Assembly: GCA_002269645.1 (NCBI GenBank)
Contig: NIVC01001287.1
Span: forward strand, 4,174-68,173
Direction of reading: 5' to 3'
DNA: 64,000 nt
Source of the DNA: Macrostomum lignano
Lineage: Eukaryota
Shown: piece after piece, positions 53,867 to 64,000 of the stretch
How positions within the stretch are numbered: position 1 is the stretch's first letter
Layout: each line of letters starts with the position of its first letter
Program-made: the position numbers and the translations under genes
Notes under the pieces: generated by a model
What the model was told of the DNA's origin: nothing
Seen by the model: the letters and a program-made list of their open reading frames with translations, nothing else
Databases searched by the model: none

Positions 53867-54836
53867 CGCGCAGAGCAGAGAGAAACGAGAAGAGATAAGA
53901 GAGAAAAGATAAAAGAAGAGGAAGGAGAAATAAAAACGCAGACAAGAGAGAAGAGAGGTGAGGGAAGAGACGAGTGACGAGGGGAGAGAGAAGAGATAAA
54001 ACAAGAAAAGAGATGAGAGGAAAGAGAGAGAGGAAAGAGGTGAGAGAAGAGACGAGAGAAGAGGGGAGAGAGGAGAGAGAGAAAAGAGGAGAGAGGAGAG
54101 AGTTAAGAGAAGAGAGAAAAGAATAGAGAGGAGAAGGAAGAGACGAGAGAAGAGGGAGAGAGAGGAGAAGAGAGAAAACGAAAAAGTAGAGAGGAGAGAG
54201 GAGAGGAGAGAGAAAAGAAAAGGGAAGAGATGAGATAAGTGATATGAAAGAGAAGAGAGATGAGGGAAGATACGAAAGAAGATAGGAGAGAGGAGAGGAG
54301 AGAGAAAACGAAAGAGTAGAGAGGAGAGAGGAGAGGAGAGAGAAAACGAAAAGTAGAGAGGAGACAGGAGAGAGGAGAGAAGAGAAAAGAGACAAGAGAT
54401 AAGAGAGATGAAAGAGAAGAGAGATGAGGGAAGATATGAGAGAAGAGAGGAGAGAAGAGAGAGGAGAGACGAGGGACGAGAGAGAAGAGAGGAAACAGAA
54501 GGGACGAGAGAGAAGAGAGGAAACAGAAGAGACGATAGAAATTTTATAGGATCCAAGGGACATAGGGAGAGTCAGGGAGAGGCCAGAGTTTGCCAATACA
54601 TGTTTTAGAGTCAGACAGACATTGCCTGACATTCTGTGAAGTACCCCAGCCAACAATATCAATGTTTGCTTCAAATCCTAATTTTACACGAATGTGTCCA
54701 TTTTATGTCTACCTCTATCCTCCTAACTATTAACAAGTTTTTGTTTGTGTATGACCTTAGATTTCAGAATACATGCAAAAGTAGTTCCGGGGATTGGAAT
54801 TCCCCGGGTTCAAAATCCGCGGGTTTCAACAGCTTG
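51769..54836 (+). mobile_element. Non-autonomous Helitron-like element A
   Basis: 5' A|TCTATCTCTAACTATAAAAATC followed by a TG/CTGT microsatellite. 3' imperfect GC hairpin then CAGCTTG|T. Confidence 0.5.
52922..54602. mobile_element. GA-rich hAT-like MITE, full copy inside Helitron A
   Basis: Left CAGGGATCGGCAGACTTTT; right GGCCAGAGTTTGCCAATACATG; about 1.55-kb GA-rich interior; degenerate 8-bp flanks TTTCGAAG and TTTTAGAG. Confidence 0.55.
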
Positions 54837-57314
54837 TCTCTCTCTTAATCTCTATCTATCTATATATACTAAAGTTGACGCGTTGTTTGTCTGTCTGTCT
54901 GTCTGTATGTCTGTGTGTCTGTCATTTCGACAACTCCTCCTTGAATAGTGGCAATCTATCTATCTATCTATCTCTATCTATCTATCTCTACATATACTAA
55001 AGTTCACGTGTTGTTTGTCTGTCTGTCTGTGTGTCTGTCTGTCATCTTCTACATATACTAAAGTTCACGTGTTGTTTGTCTGTCTGTCTGTGTGTCTGTC
55101 TGTCATTTCGACAACTCCTCCTTGAATAGTGGCAACTCAGCGTTGAAACTTATATGGGAAGATTGGAAATTATCCGAGGTCGGCTATAGGCTATTTTAAT
55201 TCTGAAATTTTAATTTCTAAGATCCTCAAAAAAGCAGAAAACGGCGGTCTTGACCTTTGATAATCTTAATTGTCCCTCTTTCTGCTTGGAGCTGAAAATT
55301 TGCATGAATTTTAAGTGATTGCGCCATAAAATTTTGCTAACTTGGCAGTGTATTTTCTCTCCAGTGGGGGATAGGAGCGTTCTCAGTGGCGGCGTGTGTA
55401 CACTTGGACCCTAGCTAACTGGCGGACAGTGAAATTCAATGCATCAATTTGCGAGCCTCTCTAGCAGGCAGTGAACGTACACTCGATATTTCAATGCTTT
55501 AAATCAGAAAGTTTCAAATGCTAACTGTTGCTCGATTTTTGAACTTTGAGAGGAGAGACTTATATTGCTGGAAAGATCTTGCAACGCTGAGTTCAGGGAT
55601 ATAAGTTGTTTGCTTTAACTGTAAAAATTAAAAGCACAGCATTCAAAAAACGATTTTATTACTTTTACTTTTAGCTTGCTGCAAAGATTGTACTTATTTT
55701 TGCGATAGGTCAGAGATAAATTTGGGGGGTTCAATTGCTAATTGCCACTGCGTAGTGGAAGGCGGTCGGGCGCTGTGTATTGGAGGGTTGATTTAGATTG
55801 CGCAATCTTTTTGTTAACTGTAACTGAGACTGATACTGACATACTGTGAAATCAGTTGCGCCATCAATTTTGTTTTATTATCTGTGCCTTTCAATAGGCT
55901 GCCCTGTGTAATAGCCGGCCTGTGTAGTAAATGAATAAACTTGCGAGCCTCTTTGGCAGGCAGTGAACGTACACGCGACATTTCAATGCTTTAAAACGGG
56001 AACTTTCAAACGCTAACTGCTCTTCGAGTTCTAAACTTTAAGAGAAGAGACTTATACTGCTGAAAAGATCTTGCAACGCTGAGTTCGAGGATATAAAATG
56101 TTTCAAAAAACCATTTCCATACTTTTAGCTTTATGCAAAGATTGTACTCATTTTTTTGTTCAATGCCCCCAAAAGTTTGAGGTTCAATTTCTAACTGCCA
56201 CTGCGTATTGAAAAGGGGTCGGTCTCTGTGTACTGAAGGGTTGATTTAGATTGCGCAATTTTTTTGCTAACTTTAACTGAGACTGATACTGACTGACTGT
56301 GAAATCGGTTGCGCAATCAATTGATTCAATTGGTTCATTTTTTATTTGAACACGCAGCTGTGTGTAGCTCTAACCCTAACCCTAACCCTTAACAATAACC
56401 AATGAATCCTGATATTTATTCTTTTTGACGGAGAAAATTTCGATTGAGTCCAGTTTAAAAGAAAGAATTTCGATGGTTTTCAGTTTCACGGAGAGGATTT
56501 CTGTTTCGCGGAGAGGATTTCGATTCTCTTCAGTTTCACGGAGAGGATTTCGATGGTTTTCAGTTGCACGGACAGGATTTCTGCTTCGCGGAGAGGATCT
56601 TGATTGATTTGGCATCTTCAATCAGTCAGAGAAGAGAATAAAAAGAAGAATGAAAAGAGAAGAGATATGAGATGGTAGAAAACAGAGTAGAAATGAGTGG
56701 AGAGATTAGACATGACAGATGGGAGAGAAGAGGGGATTAAGGCGGGAACGAAGGACAGAAAAGCGAAGAGGAGAGAGGAGATAAGAGTGGATATATGAGA
56801 TAGCAAAGGGAGACAAGAGAGATAATAGGAGAGAGAATAGATGAAGGATAAGAGCGTACAGAGGAAATAGAAGAGAGGGAGAGTAGAGGAGAAAGAAAGA
56901 GTGAGATGAGGGATGAGAGATGAGAGAGGAGCGGAGAGAGAAGAGAGAAAAGAGGAGAAAAAAGGGAGAAAGGAGACAGACGAGAGTAGAGACGAAAGAC
57001 GAGGGAGAAGATATAAATAAAGTAGTAGAGATGAGAGGAGAGGGAGGAGAGAGAAGCGAAAGGAAAAGAGCGAGAGGAGAGAGGAGAGAGATGAAAAATC
57101 AGAGATGAGAGAGTTAAGAGAGGGAAGTAGTGAGGAGAGGAGAGATGAGAGATGCGAGGAGAAGAGATGAGTGAGAACATAAGAGAGAAGAGATTAGAGA
57201 TTAGAAAAGAGAGAAGAGAAGAGACGGGGGTAGTGGAAAGGAGGAAAGAAAGATGGGAGACAAGAAAGTAGAGTCTGAGACCGTATATGAGATATAAGAA
57301 ATGAGAGCAGAGAG

Positions 57315-57361
<47 letters not shown>

Positions 57362-60300
57362 TAAGAGAGACGATAGATAAGTGAGTAGAGATGACATATG
57401 AGAGAGAAGAGAAGAAGGAGAGATAAGAGAGAAGAGAGGAGACAGGAGACAGAAGTGAAGAATAGAGATGTGATAGAACAGAGAACAGAGGAGACAGGAG
57501 GGGTACAGACGAAAGACGAGGGAGAAGAGATAAATAAGGAAGTAGGGGTAGAGATGAGATGAGAGAGAGGAGAGAGAAGAGAGTCACGATAATAGCGAAG
57601 AGAGGAGAGAGTAGATATGAGAGACGTAAGAGTCTTTGAGCTATGGTCTTTGAAAGGTTTGTAAAGAATTTGGAGACGATTTGGAAGATGGGGTTCAAGA
57701 CATGGAATTTCAGTTGATGGATAATTCAGGGAATGGAATTCCGGTGATGGGAGTTCTTCCCCTTTCTCCTCCGAAGGAGGAGTTCCACTTTATATACTAA
57801 AGTTGGTGCGATGTTTGTGTGTTTGTCTGTCTGTTGCATAACTCCTCCTAGAATACTTGCTACTCAGCGTTGAAACTTATATTGGAAAACTGCAAATTTT
57901 GCGAGGATGGCTTTAGGCTATTTTAATCTTTCATTTTTACATTTTAAGATCCCTAAAAAAGCAGAAAACGGCGGTTTTGACCTTTGATAATCTTAATTGT
58001 ACCCTCTTTCTGCTTGGAGCTGAAAATTTGCATGAATTTTGAGCGATTGCGCCATAACTTTCTCCTATCTCTGCAGTGTATTTTCTCTCCAGTGGGGGGA
58101 TGGTCGCGTTCTCAGTGGCTGCGTGTGTACAATCGGACCCTAGCTCACTGGCTGATTGTATAGACAATTGCGCAACGATATGTGTTCTGATTTTCAATAG
58201 GCTGCCCTGTGTAGTTTTGGACAGTCAAATTCAATGAATAAACTTGCGAGCCTCCCACTGCTGCAGGCAGTGAACGTACACTCGATATTTCAATGCTTTA
58301 AATCAGAAAATTTCAAATGCTAACTGTTGCTCGATTTTTTAACTTTGAGAGGAGAGACTTATATTGCTGGAAAGAGTTTGTAGCGTTGAGTTCAGGGATA
58401 TAGGTTTTTTGCTTTAAATATGAAAACTAAAAGCACAGCATTCAAAACGATTTAAATACTTTTGCAAAGATTGTACTTATTTTTGCGATAGGTCAGAGAT
58501 AAAGTTGGGGGTTTCAACTTCTACTTGCCACTGCGTATTGGAAGGGGGCGGTGGCTGTGTATTGGATGGTTGATTTAAATTGCGCAATCATTTTGCTAAC
58601 TTGAACTGAGACTGATACTGGCTGACTGAGAAATCGATTGCTCAATCTGTTGCTTCAATTAGTTCAATTTTTTATTATTGGTGCCTTTCAACACGCAGCT
58701 GTGTGTAGCTCTAACCCTAACCCTAACCCTAGCCACTGAATCCTGAGAGTTGAGTTCTGTTTGACGGAGAAAATTTCGATTGAGTCCAGTTTCACGGAGA
58801 GGATCTTTTTGTCTTCGGAGAGGAGTTGGATGATGCAACTCGGGTTATGGAATTCAGCTAATGGAGTCCAGGAAATCGAATTCCGGTGATGGGAATTCTT
58901 CCGATGCGAGAGAAAAGAGAAAAGAGAACAGAGAAAAGAGATTATAGAAAAGAGAGTAGATATGAGAGAGGAGAGATTAGAGATTAGAGAAGAGAGGGGA
59001 GAAGATGAAAGGAGCAAGGAGAGGAGAGAAGAGAGAATGAAGAGGATAGAAAAGAGAGAAGAGAAGAGACGGGGATAGTGGAAAGGAGGAAAGAAAGATG
59101 GGAGACAAGAAAGTAGAGTCTGAGAGCGTATATGAGATATGAGAAATGAGAGCAGAGAGGAGAGAAAAGAGAAGAGAGAGGGTTAAGAGAGACGATAGAT
59201 AAGTGAGTAGAGATGACATATGAGAGAGGAGAGAAGAGGGAGAGATAAGAGAGAAGAGAGGAGACAGGAGACAGAAGTGAAGAGGAGAGATATGAAAGAA
59301 GAGAGGAGACAAGAGACAGGAGAGGGTACAGACGAAAGACGAAGGAGAAGAGATACATAAGGAAGTAGAGATGAGAGGAGAGAGAGGAGAGACTAGATAT
59401 AAGATAGCAAAGAAGAGAGAGCAGAGATGAGAGACTAGAGATGGAAAGCAGATTAGAGAGAAGAGATAAGAGACTACACTGTAGAGATGAGAGGGCAAAG
59501 AGGAGAGCAAAAAGGCTTTACAGAGGATTTGGAGATGATTTGGAAGATGGGATTCAAGTCATGGAGTTTCAGCTGATTGATTTCAGGGAATGGAATTCCG
59601 GTGATGGGAGTTCTTCCCCTTTCTCCTCCGAAGGAGGAGTTCCACTCGTACATATACTAAAGTTCACGCGTTGTTTGTCTTTCTGTCTGTCTGTCTGTCT
59701 GTCTGTCTGTCATTTCGACAACTCCTCCTTGAATAGTGGCAACTCAGCGTTGAAACTTATATGGGAAGATTGGAAATTATCCGAGGTCGGCTATAGGCTA
59801 TTTTAATTCTGAAATTTTAATTTCTAAGATCCTCAAAAAAGCAGAAAACTTGCATCTTGACCTTTGATAATCTTAATTGTCCCCTCTTTCTGCTTGGAGC
59901 TGAAAAATGCATGAATTTTTAGTGATTGCGCCACAACTTTTCCCTATCTCTGTAGTGTATTTTCTTTCCAGTGGGGGTGGAGCGTTCTCAGTGGCTGCGT
60001 GTGTACACTTGGACCCTGGCTCACTGGCTGACTTTATAGATAATTGCGCAATGATATGGCTACTGATAAGTTTTCCTGCCTTTCAATGGGCAGTCCTGTG
60101 TATTTGTTGGACATTGAAATTCAATGCATCAACTTGCAAGCAGGCAGTGAACGTACACTCGATACTTCAATGCTATAAATCAGACAGTTTCAAACGCTAA
60201 CTGTTCCTCGAGTTTTAAACTTTGAGAGGAGAAACTTATATTGCTGGCAAGATCTTGCAACGCTGAGTTCGGGGATATAAGTTGTTTGCTTTAAATATGA

Positions 60301-61810
60301 AAAGCAAAAGCACAGCATTTGAAAAACTATTTCCATACTTTTAACTTTCTGCAAAGATTGTACTTTAATCTGCAAAGATTGTTGGGGGAGGTTCAACTTC
60401 TCACTGCTGCTGTGTATTGGAGAGTTGATTTAGATTGCGCAATGTTTTTGTTAACTTTACCTGAGGCTGATACTGACTGACTGTGAAATCGGTTGCGCAA
60501 TGAATTGATTCAATTAGTTCAATATTTTTATCTGTGCCTTTTAACACGAAGCTGTGCGTAGTTCTAACCCTAACCCTAACCCTAACCCTAACCCTAATGA
60601 ATCTGGCGAGTTGAGTTGTTTGACGGAAAAAAGTCGATTAAGTCAAGTTTAGCGGAGACGATTTCAATGTTTAAATTCTGACGGAGAAGATTTCAATGTT
60701 TAAATTCTGACGGAGAAGATTTCTGTTTCGTGGAGAGGATTTCGATGATGTTCAGTTTCACGAAAGGATTTCCATGGTGTTCAGTTTCACGGAGAGGATT
60801 TCGATCATGTTCAGCTTCACGGAGAGGCTTTCTGTTTCGCGGAGATAATTTATGATTGATTTCTGTTTTATGGAAACAATTTTGATGGATTCAGGTTTCA
60901 CGGAGAGGATTTCTGCTTCGCGGAGAGGATCTTGATAGATTTGGCATCTTCAATCAGTCATAAAGAGAGTAAAGAGAAGATCAAAAAGAGAAGAGACATG
61001 AGATGGTATAAAACAGAGTAGAAATGAGTGGATAGATTAGACATGACCGATGGAAGAGAAGAGGGGAGTAAGGCGGAAACGAAGAGGGAGAGAGAAGAGA
61101 AGAGGAGAGAGGAGATGAGAGGGGAGATATGAGATAGCAGAGGGAGACAAGAGAGATAATAGGAAAGAGAATAGATGACGGATAAGAGCGTACAGAGGAA
61201 AAAGAAGAGAGGGGAGAGTAGAGAGAGAAAGAAAGAGTGAGATGAGGGAAGAGATATGAGAGAGGAGATATGAGAGACGTGAGAGTCTTTGAGCTATGGT
61301 CTTTGAAAGGTTTTGTAAAGAATTTGGAGAGATGATAGGAGAGAGAATAGAGATGAGGGATAAGAGCGTACAGGGGAAATAGAAGAGAGGGGAGAGTAGA
61401 GGAAAAAGAAAGAGTGAGATGAAGGATGAGAGATGAGGGAGGAGAGGGAGAGAGAAGAGAGGAGAAAAGAGGGGAGAAATGAGACAGGAGAGAGTAGAGA
61501 CGAAAGACCAGGGAGAAGATATAAATAAGGGAGTAGGGGTAGAGATGAGATGAGAGAGAGGAGAGAGAAGAGAGTCACGATAAAAGCGAAGAGAGGAGAG
61601 AGGAGATATGAGAGACGTGAGAGTCTTTGAGCTATGGTCTTTCAAAGGTTTTGTAAAGAATTTGGAGACGATTTGGAAGATGGGATTCAAGTCATGGAGT
61701 TTCAGCTGATGGATTTGAGGGAATGGAATTCCGGTGATGGGAGTTCTTCCCCTTTCTCCTCCGAAGGAGGAGTTCCACTCGTCTCTCTATATATACTAAA
61801 GTTGACGCGT

Positions 61811-61842
<32 letters not shown>

Positions 61843-64000
61843 ATTTCGACAACTCCTCCTTGAATAGTGGCAACTCAGCGTTGAAACTTATATGGGAAGA
61901 TTGGAAATTATCCGAGGTCGGCTATAGGCTATTTTAATTCTGAAATTTAATTTCTAAGATCCTCAAAAAAGCAGAAACGGCGGTCTTGACCTTTGATAAT
62001 TTAATTGTCCCTCTTTCTGCTTGGAGCTGAAAATTTGCATGAATTTCAAGTGATTGCGCCACAACTTTTCCGCTATCTCTGCAGTGTATTTTCTCTCCAG
62101 TGGGGGGATGGGGCGTTCTAAATGGTGCCTGTGTACAATCGGACCTGGCTCACTGGCTGACTGTATAGACAATTGCGCAAAGATTTGTGTTCTAATTTTC
62201 AATAAGGCAGCCCTGTGATTTTGTTGAACCTTGAAATTCAATGCATAAACTTGCGGGCCTCTTTAGGCAGGCAGTGAACGTACAATTGATATTTCAATGC
62301 TTTAAATCAGAAAGTTTCAAACGCAAACTGTTGCTCGAGTTTTTAACTTTGAGAGAAAAAATTAATATTGCTGGAAAGAACTTGCAAAGCTGATTTAAGG
62401 GATATAAATTGTTTGCTTTAAATATGAAAAGAAAACACAGCATTAAAAAAACTATTTCCATACTTTTAACTTTCTGCAAAAATTGTACTCAGTTTTGCGA
62501 GACGTAATAGATAAAGTTGGGGGAGAGTTCAACTTCTCACTGCTGCTGTGTATTGGAGGGTTGATTTAGATTGCGCAATGTTTTTTGTTAACTTTAACTT
62601 AGACTGATACTGACTGACTGTGAAATCGGTTGCGCAATGAATTGATTCAATAGTTCAATATTTTTATCAGCGCCTTTTAACACGAACTGTGCGTAGTTTT
62701 AACCCTAACCTAACCCTAACCCTAACCAATGAATCACGGAGTTGAGTTGTTTGACGGAAAAAAATTCGATTGAGTCCAGTTAGCGGAGACGATTTCAACG
62801 TTTAATTTTGACGGAGAGGATTTCTGTTTCGTGGAGAGATTTCGATGATTCAGTTTCACGAGAGAGGATTTCGATGATGTTCAGTTTCACGAAAGAGGAT
62901 TTCGATGATGTTCAGCTTCACGGAGAGGATTTCTGTTTCGCGGAGATAATTTATAATTGATTTCTGTTTTATGAAGACCATTTTGATGGATTTAAGTTTT
63001 AATGAGAGGATTTCGAAGGAGTCCAGTTTCAGGAGAGGATTTCGATGGTTTTCAGTTGCACAGACAAGATTTCTGCTTCGCAGAGGATCTTGATGGATTT
63101 GGCATCTTTCAATCAGTCAGAGAAGAGAGTAAAGAGAAGAATGAAAAGAGAAGAGCGATGACATGATAGAAACAGAGTAGAAATGAATGGAGAGATTAGA
63201 CATGACAGATGGAGAGAAGAGGGGAGTAAGCGGGAACGAAGAGGAGAGAGAAGAGAAGAGGAGAGAGGAGATGAGAGGGGAGATATGAGATAGCAAAGGG
63301 AGACAAGAGATGATAATAGGAGAGAGAATAGATGAGGGATAAGAGCGTACAGAGGAATGAAAGAGAGGGGAGAGTAGAGGAAAGAAAGAGTGAGATGAGG
63401 GATGAGAGATGAGAGAGGAAAGGAGAGAGAAGAGAAGAGAAAAGAGGGGAGAGAAAGGAGACAGGAGAGAGAGCAGACGAAAGACCAGGGAGAAGATATA
63501 AATAAGGTAGTAGAGATGAGAGGAAGAGAGAGGAGAGAGACGAAAGGAAGAGAGTGAGGAGAGAGGAGAGAGATGAAAGATCAGAGATGAAGAGTTAAGA
63601 GAGAAAGTAGTGAGGAGAGGAGAGATAAGAGATGCGATGAGAAGAGATGCGTGAGAACATAAGAGAGAAGAGATTAGAGATTAGAGAAAGAGGGGAGAAG
63701 ATCAAAGGAGCAAGGAGGAGAAAGAGAGAATGGAGAGGATATAAAAGAGAGAAGAGAAGAGACAGGGGATAGTGGAAAGAAGGAAAGAAAGATGGGAGAC
63801 AAGAAAGTAGAGTGTGAGAGAGCGTATATGAGATATGAAATGAGAGCTGAGAGAAGAGAAAAGAGAAGAGACAGAGAGGGTTAAGAGAGACGATAGATAA
63901 GTGAGTAGAGATGACATATGAGAGAGGAGAGAAGAGGGAGAGATATGAGAGAAGAGACGGACAAGAGCAGGAGAGGTACAGACGAAAGACGAGGAGAAGA
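54837..64000 (+). mobile_element. Head-to-tail tandem array of a Helitron-like element B, at least 4 units (starts at about 54837, 57790, 59649 and 61782)
   Basis: Each unit has a TATATACTAAAG head + (TGTC)n, a conserved body of about 1 kb, (TAACCC)n, ACGGAGAGGATTTC repeats, a GA-rich tract, and a terminal hairpin CTCCTCC-GAA-GGAGGAG followed by TTCCACTCG (TTCCACT at the 57.8-kb junction; the last unit is cut by the window end). Confidence 0.7.

Noticed and set aside
53014-63917. Many Leu/Ser-rich minus-strand ORFs that look like membrane proteins
   Set aside because: They are translations of CT-rich low-complexity tracts within the repeats.

Overview
Eukaryotic (metazoan) genomic DNA with spliceosomal introns, TTAGGG-type telomere repeats and very dense intronic minisatellites. 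The style resembles the flatworm Macrostomum; that is inference only. Host genes I can reconstruct by hand: a partial PAN + glycine-rich (ALK/LTK-type) gene, a secreted PAN + fibrinogen-C protein, a myristoylated FRS2/DOK-like PTB adaptor, TSR1, MRPS18A, Shank (11 exons), a 70-aa membrane micro-protein and a tetraspanin with a very long tail. The strongest structural result is a three-level transposon nest at 20.6-26.1 kb: a Mutator/FB-NOF-like element (247-bp TIRs, 9-bp TSD) contains a hAT derivative (8-bp TSD), which contains a deleted mariner. Also present are a decayed pogo-like transposase next to an unexplained palindromic promoter-like module (28.7-31.5 kb), tRNA-derived SINEs, a foldback element, and a head-to-tail Helitron-like array with (TAACCC)n in every unit (54.8-64 kb). 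Most long ORFs in the supplied track are repeat artefacts. All family assignments come from motif recognition by eye; no searches were run.
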